A stretch of DNA of 37,047 bases, taken from assembly GCA_944332155.1 (NCBI GenBank), contig CALVJM010000003.1:1-37047 (forward strand), written 5' to 3'. Source of the DNA: an uncultured Bacilli bacterium. Its GTDB lineage: Bacteria > Bacillota_I > Bacilli_A > RF39 > UBA660. Positions within the stretch are counted from its first letter, which is position 1, and the number at the start of each line of letters is the position of its first letter. A model generated the notes under the pieces. It saw only the letters and a program-made list of their open reading frames with translations. It searched no databases and was not told where the DNA came from. Of this stretch, positions 8,774 through 18,959 are shown one piece after another. Made by a program: the position numbers and the translations under genes.

Positions 8774-10817
8774 TCTTTTTCTTTTTTTCTTTGTACTTAG
8801 TGTTTTATATTTAAGTTATGTGCGTATTCAATTAGGAAAACCAAGTGTTTATTCTTCAACAACAAAAGAAGTGACTGGTGTTGTGACAGGAACTAAACAA
8901 ATGAAAGATTATACGGTTCTAGAAATTAACGCTAGAGAAAAAGTACAGGCCTTTATTTCGGAATCTTATTCTATTCCAATTGGAACGAAAGTTAAAATAT
9001 CAGGAACTTTTTCTTTACCTGATGAAAATACAACGATTGGTTTGTTTAATTACCGAAACTATCTACTAAGCAAGGGTATTGTATGGAGTATAGAGGTTAA
9101 ACAAATTGATATTATTTCTAAACAAGTTTCTTGGTTTCTTTCTATAAAACATAGTTTATATCAAAAAGTATCAACCAGACAAAATGCGAAGTATTATCAA
9201 ATGTTAATATTTGGAGATTCTTCAAATATTGGTGATTCTTTTCAAGAACAAGTTCGTAAAATCGGCATAAGTCATCTATTCGCACTGTCAGGAAGTCATC
9301 TAACATTATTATCTTTTTTTCTTTTTCGTGGCATAAAAAAGATAATAAAAAGTGAGAAGAAAGTTTTTCTTCTTGTTTCGATTATTTTATTCTTTTATGT
9401 CGCACTGACAAGTTGTAGTGTTTCGTTACTACGAGCATTTGTTTTCTTTGTTGCGTTTAAGGCTAATCGTTATTTTAATTGGAAATTTAAAAATACGACT
9501 CTTTTTTTCTATATTTTTTCATTATTCTTACTATATCGTCCATGGTGGATATATGACATTGGTTTTCAATATAGTTTTTTAATTTGTTTTTACTTAATTA
9601 CTTTTTCTAACTTTTTATCTTCTAAAAATTATCTTTTATCGCTATTTAAAATCTCACTTCTTTCTTTTATAGTTAGTGCGCCTATTTCTATGTTTCATTT
9701 TTACGAACTTCATGTTCTTAGCGTTGTTTGGAATCTTATTTTTGTCCCATTTGTATCATTTTTAGTATTTCCAATTTGTTTTTTGAGCTTTTTATGTCCT
9801 TTATTTGATTCTTTATTTTCACTTTTAATTTGCTTACTAGAAACGGGGGTTGAAGGGGCTAGTTCGGTTCCGTTTGGAGATCTTCTTTGGTGTCGTCTTC
9901 CTATTCTTTGGTATGTATTATTAGAAGTTTCTATTTATTTAAGTTTTCAAGGAATTATTAGGAAAAATTATTTCTATTTAAAGATATTTATTCTGTTGTG
10001 TTCTGTTCATTTTTTTATTCCTTATTTTCGTACAAGCATGATACTCACATTTTTTGATGTTGGACAAGGAGATTGTTCCATTGTTGTTTTGCCACATCAA
10101 GAAGCGGTAATTATGATTGATACAGGAGTATCTATAGATGGAAAAAGAATGAGACGAGAAGTGATACCTTATTTAAAGAGTTTAGGTTGTTCTAAAATAG
10201 ATTATTTAATTTTATCTCATGGTGATAGCGATCACTTAGGAGATAGTATTAATTTAGTTAATCATTTTAAAGTAAGGCATGTTTTATTTAATAATGATGA
10301 TTATAATGATTTAGAATTAGAACTTATAAAAGTGCTTGATAATAAAAATATCGAACATAGTAAAGAAATAGAATCAATAAATATAGGTAAATATCAATTA
10401 TCTTTCTTACAACATCAAATGTATGGAAATGAAAATGACAATTCTAATGTTGTTTATTTTGATTATGAAGGTATCAAGATGTTATTTATGGGTGATGCTG
10501 GAGTAGAAGTTGAAAAAGACATTATGGAGAATTATTATCTTAATAATATAGATATCTTAAAAGTAGGACATCATGGAAGTAAGACAAGTTCAAATAAAGA
10601 ATTTATTGATAGTATCAACCCAAAATATGCGATAATTTCAGTTGGTAAAAATAATAGATATGGACATCCTAATAAAGATGTGTTAGATAATTTAGAAAAC
10701 TCTCAAATATATAGAACTGATCAAGAGGGGAGTATTATCTTTCAATTTAAAAATAATAAGTTAAAAGGTATATTACAAAAATTATTTATATGCATATACT
10801 ATTTATGGAAGATATAA
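8721..10817 (+). CDS. comEC: DNA uptake channel ComEC/Rec2
   Basis: GISHLFALSGSH competence motif, GFQYSF, metallo-beta-lactamase domain (FFDVGQGD, SHGDSDH, KVGHHGS, YGHP, YRTD). Exact start uncertain. Confidence 0.93.
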   Translation: MVLENQLLIKLKQILHSNLFLFFFVLSVLYLSYVRIQLGKPSVYSSTTKEVTGVVTGTKQMKDYTVLEINAREKVQAFISESYSIPIGTKVKISGTFSLPDENTTIGLFNYRNYLLSKGIVWSIEVKQIDIISKQVSWFLSIKHSLYQKVSTRQNAKYYQMLIFGDSSNIGDSFQEQVRKIGISHLFALSGSHLTLLSFFLFRGIKKIIKSEKKVFLLVSIILFFYVALTSCSVSLLRAFVFFVAFKANRYFNWKFKNTTLFFYIFSLFLLYRPWWIYDIGFQYSFLICFYLITFSNFLSSKNYLLSLFKISLLSFIVSAPISMFHFYELHVLSVVWNLIFVPFVSFLVFPICFLSFLCPLFDSLFSLLICLLETGVEGASSVPFGDLLWCRLPILWYVLLEVSIYLSFQGIIRKNYFYLKIFILLCSVHFFIPYFRTSMILTFFDVGQGDCSIVVLPHQEAVIMIDTGVSIDGKRMRREVIPYLKSLGCSKIDYLILSHGDSDHLGDSINLVNHFKVRHVLFNNDDYNDLELELIKVLDNKNIEHSKEIESINIGKYQLSFLQHQMYGNENDNSNVVYFDYEGIKMLFMGDAGVEVEKDIMENYYLNNIDILKVGHHGSKTSSNKEFIDSINPKYAIISVGKNNRYGHPNKDVLDNLENSQIYRTDQEGSIIFQFKNNKLKGILQKLFICIYYLWKI

Positions 10818-10933
10818 AAAATGAGAGTTTAATGAATATTTTTTGGCATTTGTGGATATATTAAAAGTGGATATGAAAGGGATAGAAACATGTTTTCTTG
10901 TGTCCGCTAAAGCAATTTAGCGTTTATATAGAT

Positions 10934-10954
10934 AGAGCCTTTGGGCTCTTTTTT
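10934..10954 (+). terminator. Rho-independent terminator downstream of comEC
   Basis: AGAGCC-TTTG-GGCTCT followed by a T run. Confidence 0.75.
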
Positions 10955-11044
10955 GCTAAAATTTAAAAATTTTTAAAAAAATTGACGTAAAAAAAAGGAA
11001 ATCAGAAAGTTTTGTTGTATATTATAAGTAGGGAGTATGATAAT

Positions 11045-12814
11045 ATGCCGTTAATCAACACTGAAACAATTAATGAGATACGTAGAAATGTTGATATTGT
11101 AGACGTCATTTCGGGATATTTGCCATTGACTCAAAAAGGGAAAAACTTTTTTGGTGTTTGTCCTTTTCACGATGATACTAACCCAAGTATGAGTGTATCA
11201 AGGGAAAAACAAATTTATACCTGTTTTTCTTGTGGAGCAACTGGTAATGTATTCCGTTTTGTTATGGATTATGAAAACATTTCATTTCTAGAAGCGGTTA
11301 AAATTGTTGCCGATCATGCTGGAATTGATATTCAAATTGATACTCGTATGTCAAAATCATCAACTACTCATTTAAAACCGTTATATGATATGTATGAGTT
11401 AAGTCAAAAACTATATCAAAACAATATTAATACGTCACAAGGGATTGAAGCTCGTGCCTATTTAAAAAAAAGATCCATTGATGAAGAGATAATCAAAGAG
11501 TTTGGTATTGGTCTTGCTCTTCATCAAAGAGATATCTTAACTAAATTATTTACATCAAAAAAATATAGTTATGAAGATATGGTTAAAAGTGGATTGATTT
11601 TAAAGAATGACTATGGATATTTAGATATGTATCAAGATCGTATTATGTTTCCTTTATGGGATATAAAGGGACAAATTGTTGGTTATAGTGGTCGATTATA
11701 TAAAACGGAAGGCAACTTTAAATACATTAATACGCGTGAAACAGAAATTTTTAAGAAGGGTGAACTTTTATATAATTATCATCGCGCGAAAGATGAAGCA
11801 AGAAGACAGAATACAGTCCTCATTATGGAAGGCTTTATGGATGTAATTCGGGCCTATACTATTGGCGTAAAAAACGTAGTTGCAACTATGGGGACGGCTG
11901 TAACCAAAGAACACATTATTCTATTAAAACGAATGGCTAAGAATATTCTTTTAGTTTTTGATGGTGATGCAGCAGGGGCAAAAGCTACCTATGCATGCGC
12001 TAATGAATTATTAAAAGTAGGGATTACTCCTAAAATTGTTCGTTTAGAAGAAGATTTAGATCCTGATGATTATATAAGAAAATATGGAAAAGAACGTTTT
12101 ATTAGTAAGATTGAACATCCTATTAACGTGATGGATTTTAAAATATCTTATCTAAAACAACAACGTGATTTAACAAGTAATGAAGATATGGCTAAGTATA
12201 TTCAAGATGTATTGCAAGAATTATTAGCTATTAATGATGATGTTTTGATGGAACTAACGATTAAAAAGATGAGTGAGGAATCAAAACTAAGCGAAGAATT
12301 TTTAAGACGAAAATTGGAAGAGATGACCGAAAAAAAACAGCAACAAGATATAAAAGAGGTTAAGAATATAGATTCAAATCATAAAAAAAGTGAACAATTG
12401 AGCAATAAGTATACACAAGCGGAACAAAATTTGGTATACTACATGCTGAAGTCACCCGAGGTTATCAAAATGTATGATCGTAAAATGACATACATGCCAA
12501 CCGAAAAGTATCGTCTTTTAGCACGTGATATTAGTTATTTTTATAAACAATATCACTTAATTAATGAAGCTGATTTCATTACGTTTTTAGGGGGTAATAA
12601 ACAAAAACAAGCGACTTTAGGTGAAATTTTATCTTTACCATTAAAAGAAGAATATACTTTAGATGAAATTGAGGATTATATTAGGGCGATTAGACAGTAT
12701 AATGTTCGTTATGAACAACAACGTTTGAAAAGAGAAATGCAGAAAATCACTGATCCTATTGAAAAAGCTAAAATCGCACAACGAATTATAGAGTTAAAAG
12801 TAAAAGGAGAATAG
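11045..12814 (+). CDS. dnaG: DNA primase
   Basis: Zn finger CPFHDDTNPS...CFSCG, RIMFP, KYINT, Toprim EGFMDV and FDGDAAG, DPDD; precedes sigA. Start at ATG 11045 behind GGGAG. Confidence 0.97.
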   Translation: MPLINTETINEIRRNVDIVDVISGYLPLTQKGKNFFGVCPFHDDTNPSMSVSREKQIYTCFSCGATGNVFRFVMDYENISFLEAVKIVADHAGIDIQIDTRMSKSSTTHLKPLYDMYELSQKLYQNNINTSQGIEARAYLKKRSIDEEIIKEFGIGLALHQRDILTKLFTSKKYSYEDMVKSGLILKNDYGYLDMYQDRIMFPLWDIKGQIVGYSGRLYKTEGNFKYINTRETEIFKKGELLYNYHRAKDEARRQNTVLIMEGFMDVIRAYTIGVKNVVATMGTAVTKEHIILLKRMAKNILLVFDGDAAGAKATYACANELLKVGITPKIVRLEEDLDPDDYIRKYGKERFISKIEHPINVMDFKISYLKQQRDLTSNEDMAKYIQDVLQELLAINDDVLMELTIKKMSEESKLSEEFLRRKLEEMTEKKQQQDIKEVKNIDSNHKKSEQLSNKYTQAEQNLVYYMLKSPEVIKMYDRKMTYMPTEKYRLLARDISYFYKQYHLINEADFITFLGGNKQKQATLGEILSLPLKEEYTLDEIEDYIRAIRQYNVRYEQQRLKREMQKITDPIEKAKIAQRIIELKVKGE

Positions 12815-12817
12815 TAT

Positions 12818-13915
12818 ATGTTACACGAAATTAAAACATTTGACGAAAGAAAGAAAGATTTATTAAAGTTAGGAAAAGAAAAAGGTTATATTACATATGA
12901 ACAATTAGCTAATGCTTTAAAAGGTTTAGAGTTAGATGCTGATAGTTTGGATGAATTGTATAATCTATTTAGTGAAAATCATATTGCAGTTGTTACAGAA
13001 GACGAAGCTGGTACTTCTGGTGGTACGAATAAAAGTCAAGAAACAGAAGTATTATTAGATGATCATGATTTGACCAAAGATTTAACGATTAATGATCCAG
13101 TTCGTATGTACTTAAAAGAGATTGGTCAGATTAAGTTATTAACGATGGAAGAAGAGTTAGAATTAGCAGATCGTATTGCGGCCGGAGATGAAATGGCTAA
13201 AGCTACACTTGCTGAAGCTAATCTACGTTTAGTAGTTAGTATTGCCAAACGTTATGTAGGGCGTGGGATGTTATTTTTGGATTTAATTCAAGAAGGAAAT
13301 ATTGGTTTAATGAAAGCAGTTGAAAAATTTGATGTAACTAAAGGATATAAATTTTCAACTTATGCTACTTGGTGGATTCGTCAAGCTATTACACGTGCCA
13401 TTGCTGATCAAGCACGTACGATTCGTGTTCCTGTTCATATGGTTGAAACAATCAATAAATTAACACGTGTACATCGCCAATTGACATTGGAATTAAATCG
13501 TGAACCAACGGAAGAAGAATTAGCTAAAAAAATGAATACTTCTGTAGATAAAATACGTGATATTTATAAAATTAGTCAAGAACCAGTTAGTTTAGAAACA
13601 CCAATTGGTGAAGAAGATGATTCTCATTTAGGAGATTTTGTTCCTGATGAACGTAATATGAGTCCAGAAGAATATGCGACGAATGAAATGTTAAAAGATG
13701 AAATATCTGAAATTCTATTAACACTTACCGAACGAGAAGAAAAGGTAATTCGTTTACGCTTTGGGTTAGAAGATGGAAAATCTCGTACTTTGGAAGAAGT
13801 GGGAAAAATGTTTAATGTTACTCGTGAACGTATTCGTCAAATTGAAGCAAAAGCACTTCGTAAACTACGCCATCCATCTCGTTCAAGAAAATTAAAAGAT
13901 TATATGGGTGACTAA
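12818..13915 (+). CDS. rpoD: Primary RNA polymerase sigma factor SigA/RpoD
   Basis: [67 protein letters not shown]. Confidence 0.98.
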   Translation: MLHEIKTFDERKKDLLKLGKEKGYITYEQLANALKGLELDADSLDELYNLFSENHIAVVTEDEAGTSGGTNKSQETEVLLDDHDLTKDLTINDPVRMYLKEIGQIKLLTMEEELELADRIAAGDEMAKATLAEANLRLVVSIAKRYVGRGMLFLDLIQEGNIGLMKAVEKFDVTKGYKFSTYATWWIRQAITRAIADQARTIRVPVHMVETINKLTRVHRQLTLELNREPTEEELAKKMNTSVDKIRDIYKISQEPVSLETPIGEEDDSHLGDFVPDERNMSPEEYATNEMLKDEISEILLTLTEREEKVIRLRFGLEDGKSRTLEEVGKMFNVTRERIRQIEAKALRKLRHPSRSRKLKDYMGD

Positions 13916-13920
13916 TTTAT

Positions 13921-14586
13921 ATGAAGTTATCAAAACGTTTAGAGGCAATTGCCTCTTTTGTTTCTTCTGATGGAGCAATTATTGATGTTGGATGTAACCA
14001 TGCTCATATTCCCATTTATTTTGCTTCAAAAGAACCAGAAAGAATAATTATTGCTAGTGATTGTAAACTTGAATCGTTAAATAATGCCTTTAAAGATGCC
14101 AAAAAATATAAAGTGAAGGAAAAAATTCAATTTATAGTTACCGATGGTTTAAATGGTATAAAAATTCATCCCGAAGATACAATCATTATTGCAGGTTTAG
14201 GAACTCGAACAATCAAGAAAATATTAACTCCTGAAGTTTTAAATCAAGGTAATCACTTTATTCTTCAAAGTAATAATTATTTATATGAACTACGTTTATA
14301 TATGATGCAAAACCAATTTTTATTAAAGGATGAATCGGTAGTTTGGGAAGGTAATAAAGTATATATAGTTATGAATTGGGTTAAGGTAAATAAACCGGTA
14401 TCTTATAGCTCATTTGAACTACAATATGGTCCATGTATTCTACATGATAAAAACAGAGAATATATGATGGAACAATATAATATTCTTATGCAACAGCTTA
14501 ATAATGTAAAAGGTTCTAATCATCCTGAAGTTGAAAGATTGTATTTAAAAAAAATAGAGAAAATAAAAAAATTAGAATGGTTCTAA
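13921..14586 (+). CDS. trmK: tRNA (adenine22-N1) methyltransferase TrmK family
   Basis: LSKRLEAIA, DVGCNHAHIP, DGL, IIAGLG motifs; conserved position after sigA. Confidence 0.88.
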   Translation: MKLSKRLEAIASFVSSDGAIIDVGCNHAHIPIYFASKEPERIIIASDCKLESLNNAFKDAKKYKVKEKIQFIVTDGLNGIKIHPEDTIIIAGLGTRTIKKILTPEVLNQGNHFILQSNNYLYELRLYMMQNQFLLKDESVVWEGNKVYIVMNWVKVNKPVSYSSFELQYGPCILHDKNREYMMEQYNILMQQLNNVKGSNHPEVERLYLKKIEKIKKLEWF

Positions 14587-14591
14587 TTTTT

Positions 14592-14966
14592 TTATTGAAA
14601 GAATGTTGGGCCTGAATTCGGTACTATATAATTAGTATTATTAGTGGTATGTGTATCTTTAGTTTCAGAAATCGTATTGGATGGAGTTTTAGTTGGTGTA
14701 GTAGTTGGAGTAGGGCTGTCTACTTTTTTGAATTCATTCATGACACGAAACATCGTTTTCGCATTTTGTAACATAGGACTTGCCTGTCTTACAAGAGGAA
14801 TTGCTTGATTAATAATACCTAGCGTTCTTTGCGTATTATTTAAAAGACTTGACCAGTTAAATCCATTAGCTAATCTTGAGAACAATCCTCGAGAAGCCGA
14901 TGGTGTTGAATAAAGGCCGTTCATTGGATTCATCATATAATAATAGGGATTATAATAGTTCATCAT
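14592..14966 (-). CDS. yqfQ: VrrA/YqfQ family spore-associated protein
   Basis: Low-complexity N-terminus, core LLNNTQRTLGIINQAIPLVRQASPMLQN, Thr/Pro-rich tail ending PTFF; Bacillus-like synteny after trmK; AAAGGAG RBS. Confidence 0.7.
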   Translation of the reverse strand: MMNYYNPYYYMMNPMNGLYSTPSASRGLFSRLANGFNWSSLLNNTQRTLGIINQAIPLVRQASPMLQNAKTMFRVMNEFKKVDSPTPTTTPTKTPSNTISETKDTHTTNNTNYIVPNSGPTFFQ

Positions 14967-15073
14967 AAAACTCCTTTCTAAAATATTATATGTTTTTCCC
15001 AAAAAATGTTTTATATTTTCTAAATTTATGTTATAATTTTAAGGTAAAAGAATAAGAGAATGGTGGTGTTTTT

Positions 15074-17170
15074 ATGTATAAACCGATCTATGTGAAACCG
15101 TTTATTGTCGTATATCACATGGTAGCTTTTATCATTCAAATGATAATAAAGTTATTTAAATACAGTTTCCAAGGTCTCGGTATTAGCGCCAAGTTTCTAT
15201 TTCGTATTGGTATCTTTGTAGGAAATATTTTTACAAAAGTATTTATGTTTTTTATTCAAGGATTTAAATATTTTATATCTGGTGTAACGGTTAGTGCATT
15301 ATTTTTATATAAAGTGTTAACAACTATTGTTTTAGCAATAGTAAAAGTATTCACTTATATAGGAAACAAAGTAATAAAAGGAATAATGATTTGTGCTAAC
15401 TGGTTATATAATGTATTATCTTATTTCTTGTTGTTAGAATATCATGGTTTTGCATTTTGTTGGCGACGCATTAAACATTTTGGTGCGATGGTATGGTTAG
15501 GAATTGATGTCGTTTGTTATTATATAATGCGTGGCTTTCAAGTTGTATATGATTTTCTTCTATCTAATATACACAAATATCAAGCTTATCGTAAGCGACA
15601 ACGAGAAATTGCTCATCAACGTCATGTAGAGGCCAAAGTCAAAAAAGAGCAAGCACGTGAAGCGAAAGTGCGCAAAAAAATAGAAGAAAAAGCTCGTCGT
15701 AATGATTTATATCTTGATCATTCTGTCGAGTTAAATAAAAAACCAAGCATAGGGGATCGTATTAATCAAGTTTTAGTCATGATTACTAGTATTCCACATA
15801 ATATTAGTAATTTATTTAGTAAAACATCAGTCAATAAAGCGTTAAAGAAGAAGAATGAGAAAAAACGTGATTTTGATAAAGAAGTTTTAGATTTAGATCT
15901 TGAGGAAGAAGAAAAGAGAAAGAAGAAAAAAGATAAACCAGGACGTATTTTATATGAATATGTTGCAAAAGATAAAAATGGTAAAACGGTAAAGGGATAC
16001 TTTGAAGCATTCAATAAAATTGAGGTAAAATCTTTCTTGATTAATGAAGGATTAGAAGTATATAGTATTCGTACTAATCGTTGGATTACCATTTTTCATA
16101 AAGATACTGCAAGTGGAAAAGTTAAAATGAAGACCAAAGATTTAGTTTTCTTTTTAACCCAATTATCTACCTATATAAAAGCAGGTATTACGCTTGCTGA
16201 ATCTTTGGAAATTTTATCACGTCAGTTTAAAAATAAACATTATCAACGTATTTTAAAATCATTAGTCTATGACTTAAACTTAGGAGTAAGTTTTAGTGAG
16301 GCATTGGAAAAACAAGGGGAAGCTTTTCCAAGATTATTAATTAATATGATTCGTGCGAGTGAGTTATCCGGTTCATTACCAGAAGTTCTTGATGACCAAG
16401 CAAATTATTTTGATGAAATGGAACAAACGCGTAAACAAATGATTACAGCGATGATGTATCCAAGTATTGTCTTTGTAATTGCGATAGGTGTATTAACCTT
16501 TGTTATGTTATTTGTAGTACCTCAATTCGTCGAGATTTTTGAAAGTATGGATGGTTCTCAGATTCCAGCAATCACGTTATTTATTATGGATATGAGTGAA
16601 TTTGTAAAGGCATATCTTGTTTGGATTATTATTGGATTTGTTATCTTTTGCCTTATATTCCGCTATCTATATAAAAACGTTACTTTATTTAGAAGATGGG
16701 TTCAAATAGTGATTATGCATATGCCAGTTTTTGGTAATGTTATCATTTATAACGAAGTAACTACGTTTACTAAAACGTTTAGTTCATTAATGAGTCATAA
16801 TGTATTTATAACAGATACTATGAATATTTTAAAGAAGATTACAAATAATGAAATTTATAAGGAATTAATTAATAAAACGATTGATAATTTAAGTACTGGA
16901 GAAAGAATTTCTACTGCCTTCAAAGATCATTGGGCATTTCCAGTACCAGCTTATGAAATGTTAGTTACTGGTGAACGTACTGGAGAATTACCAGAAATGA
17001 TGGGAAAAGTATCTTTATATTATCAAGATTTACATAAAAATGCAGTAGCACGTATTAAAACATTTGTAGAACCTATTTTAATTATTATGCTGACTGCCAT
17101 GGTTGGTGTTATCGTTTTAGCTATTATAGTACCAATGTTTCAAATGTATGATTCTATACAATCAATGTAG
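15074..17170 (+). CDS. pilC: Type IV pilus platform protein PilC/GspF family with ~290-aa N-terminal extension
   Basis: YEYVAKDKNGK, FLTQLSTYIKAG, MIRASELSGSL, AMMYP, GERTGEL, EPILI..IIVPMF: two T2SSF domains. Confidence 0.9.
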   Translation: MYKPIYVKPFIVVYHMVAFIIQMIIKLFKYSFQGLGISAKFLFRIGIFVGNIFTKVFMFFIQGFKYFISGVTVSALFLYKVLTTIVLAIVKVFTYIGNKVIKGIMICANWLYNVLSYFLLLEYHGFAFCWRRIKHFGAMVWLGIDVVCYYIMRGFQVVYDFLLSNIHKYQAYRKRQREIAHQRHVEAKVKKEQAREAKVRKKIEEKARRNDLYLDHSVELNKKPSIGDRINQVLVMITSIPHNISNLFSKTSVNKALKKKNEKKRDFDKEVLDLDLEEEEKRKKKKDKPGRILYEYVAKDKNGKTVKGYFEAFNKIEVKSFLINEGLEVYSIRTNRWITIFHKDTASGKVKMKTKDLVFFLTQLSTYIKAGITLAESLEILSRQFKNKHYQRILKSLVYDLNLGVSFSEALEKQGEAFPRLLINMIRASELSGSLPEVLDDQANYFDEMEQTRKQMITAMMYPSIVFVIAIGVLTFVMLFVVPQFVEIFESMDGSQIPAITLFIMDMSEFVKAYLVWIIIGFVIFCLIFRYLYKNVTLFRRWVQIVIMHMPVFGNVIIYNEVTTFTKTFSSLMSHNVFITDTMNILKKITNNEIYKELINKTIDNLSTGERISTAFKDHWAFPVPAYEMLVTGERTGELPEMMGKVSLYYQDLHKNAVARIKTFVEPILIIMLTAMVGVIVLAIIVPMFQMYDSIQSM

Positions 17171-17184
17171 TGGGAGAGGATATT

Positions 17185-17949
17185 ATGGAAATGTATTATA
17201 CAATTATTATTTTTATGTTTGGAACTTTATTTGGGTCCTTCTTCAATGTTGTTGGATATCGACTTCCAAAAGGAGAGTCCATCGTATTTCCGGCCTCTCA
17301 CTGTCCTAATTGTAATCATAAGTTAAAAGGATGGGAGTTGATTCCTATCCTTTCTTTTTTATGTTTAGGCGGTAAATGTAGTAAGTGTAAACAAAAAATT
17401 TCATGGATTTATCCAATGTTTGAATTCCTTACAGGATGTTTATTCGCACTTAGCTATATTTTGTATGGCTTCAGTATTGATTTTATTATCGCACTTATTA
17501 TAGTTTCGAGTTTATTAATTATTATTGTTAGTGATTTACGTTATTATATAATTCCAGATGAAGTTTTGTTAATAGGAAGTATTTTGTTACTTTTAGCTTA
17601 TTGTGTCAAAGGAGGATGGACTTTAGCACTGTCTGCTTTAATTAATGGAGCCATTTCATTTGCGATTATGTTTGCGATAAAATGTTTAGGAGACTTCTTA
17701 TTTAAGAAAGAATCAATGGGTGGAGGAGATATTAAACTATTATTCTTTTTTGGAATGATTTTTGGTTGGCCTCTTTCCATATTAAGTATTTTCTTAGCTT
17801 CTTTTATAGGGCTACCTATTTCTCTTTACATTCTATATAAAAAGAATACTCACGTAATTCCTTTTGGACCATTTCTTAGTATGGCAACACTAATTATATT
17901 TTTCTCTAATATTCAAATTGATATGATTATTCAGTGGTTAACTTTTTAA
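17185..17949 (+). CDS. pilD: Prepilin peptidase (A24)
   Basis: GSFFNVVGYRLP, SHCPNC..KCSKC, catalytic Asp motifs SDLRY and MGGGDIKL, IPFGPFL. Confidence 0.95.
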   Translation: MEMYYTIIIFMFGTLFGSFFNVVGYRLPKGESIVFPASHCPNCNHKLKGWELIPILSFLCLGGKCSKCKQKISWIYPMFEFLTGCLFALSYILYGFSIDFIIALIIVSSLLIIIVSDLRYYIIPDEVLLIGSILLLLAYCVKGGWTLALSALINGAISFAIMFAIKCLGDFLFKKESMGGGDIKLLFFFGMIFGWPLSILSIFLASFIGLPISLYILYKKNTHVIPFGPFLSMATLIIFFSNIQIDMIIQWLTF

Positions 17950-17970
17950 GTAGTGAAAACTACTTTTTTT
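17948..17970 (+). terminator. Rho-independent terminator after pilD
   Basis: AAGTAGT-GAAA-ACTACTT followed by a T run. Confidence 0.75.
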
Positions 17971-18282
17971 GTTATAAAAAAAGAAACTATAAAGAAAAAC
18001 TTCGTTAATGGTCTTTTATTTTTATAAAGATTGTGTTAAACAAAATAACTGATAAAAATTTATAAAAATATAAGCCAGTAATTATAAGAAAAAACGAAAA
18101 TAAATAATTTATATAATTGCATAAAGATTAACTTATACCGTGTATAACAGAAGCTTTATAAAAAATAATGTATAATATTTATAGCGAGTAAACATTCTCG
18201 ACTAATGTTATCATTACTCGCTTTTAATGTGTAAAAGTGGTATAATTATATTATCGGGGGATGTAATGAAATGATAACAATA

Positions 18283-18386
18283 AATAAAAATATTCAAATA
18301 CACGGTTCATTAGATTATCAAACGCCAGTGCAATATTGTTTACAATTGTCCTTATAAAAATTGTCTAAAAAAGTGTTGACAATCCA
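18283..18386 (+). mobile_element. IS3-family remnant: transposase C-terminal tail plus right inverted repeat
   Basis: Frame reads NKNIQIHGSLDYQTPVQY (IS3 OrfB tail YN..RIHGSL.Y.TP), stop 18357, then TGTCTAAAAAAGTGTTGACAATCCA ending in CA as IS3 ends do. Confidence 0.7.
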
Positions 18387-18388
18387 CA

Positions 18389-18907
18389 GCTTTATGTGTG
18401 TGTGATATATTGTCTCTTGATAAGGATAAAGTCAAACTTTTGATAGATAATTTTAAACCGTTAGAACATAGGATGGAATTAGTTGGTGAATATGAAAAAA
18501 TAACTTTTTATAATGATTCAATTGCTACTATTCCAGAAGCTACCATAAATTGTGTTAAGGCTATTCCTAATTGTAAAACACTTATAATCGGAGGATTAAA
18601 TAGAGGTATTGATTTAAGCTTATTAACTAATTTTTTAATGGAAGATAATAGTTTGGAAAATATAATATGTCTTAAGGATACTGGTTATATGATAGCAGAT
18701 GAATTAGAGAGGGAAGGATGTAAAAAAAGACTTTTAAAGGCTTTAGATATGGAAGATGCAGTTAATCTTGCTTATAAGTATACCAAAGAAAATTATACTT
18801 GTATCTTTTCTCCTGCAGCAGCAAGTTATAATGTTTATAAAAACTTTGAAGAAAGAGGTAAACATTATAAAGAACTCATTAGAAAAAACGGAAAAGCTAG
18901 TAACTAG
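18389..18907 (+). pseudogene. murD: 5'-truncated UDP-N-acetylmuramoyl-L-alanine--D-glutamate ligase (C-terminal part only)
   Basis: FKPLEHRME, FYNDSIAT, LIIGG, FSPAAASY..KNFEERG; no N-terminal or ATP-binding domain, no RBS; begins right at the IS3 end. Confidence 0.85.
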
Positions 18908-18959
18908 CTTTTTTTAATTGATTATAATAGTTAATTGTATTATCGCATCTTAACAAATT

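Noticed and set aside
10020-10817. T-rich to A-rich shift within comEC suggesting mosaic origin
   Set aside because: Adequately explained by the change from transmembrane to soluble domain codons.
13978-14015. TrmK motif DVGCNH instead of the usual DIGSDH as a sign of inactivation
   Set aside because: A small substitution in an otherwise full-length gene; function cannot be judged from sequence alone.
18377-18410. TTGACA...GATATA as a native promoter for the murD fragment
   Set aside because: TTGACA is part of the IS3 end, the spacing is too long and there is no RBS.
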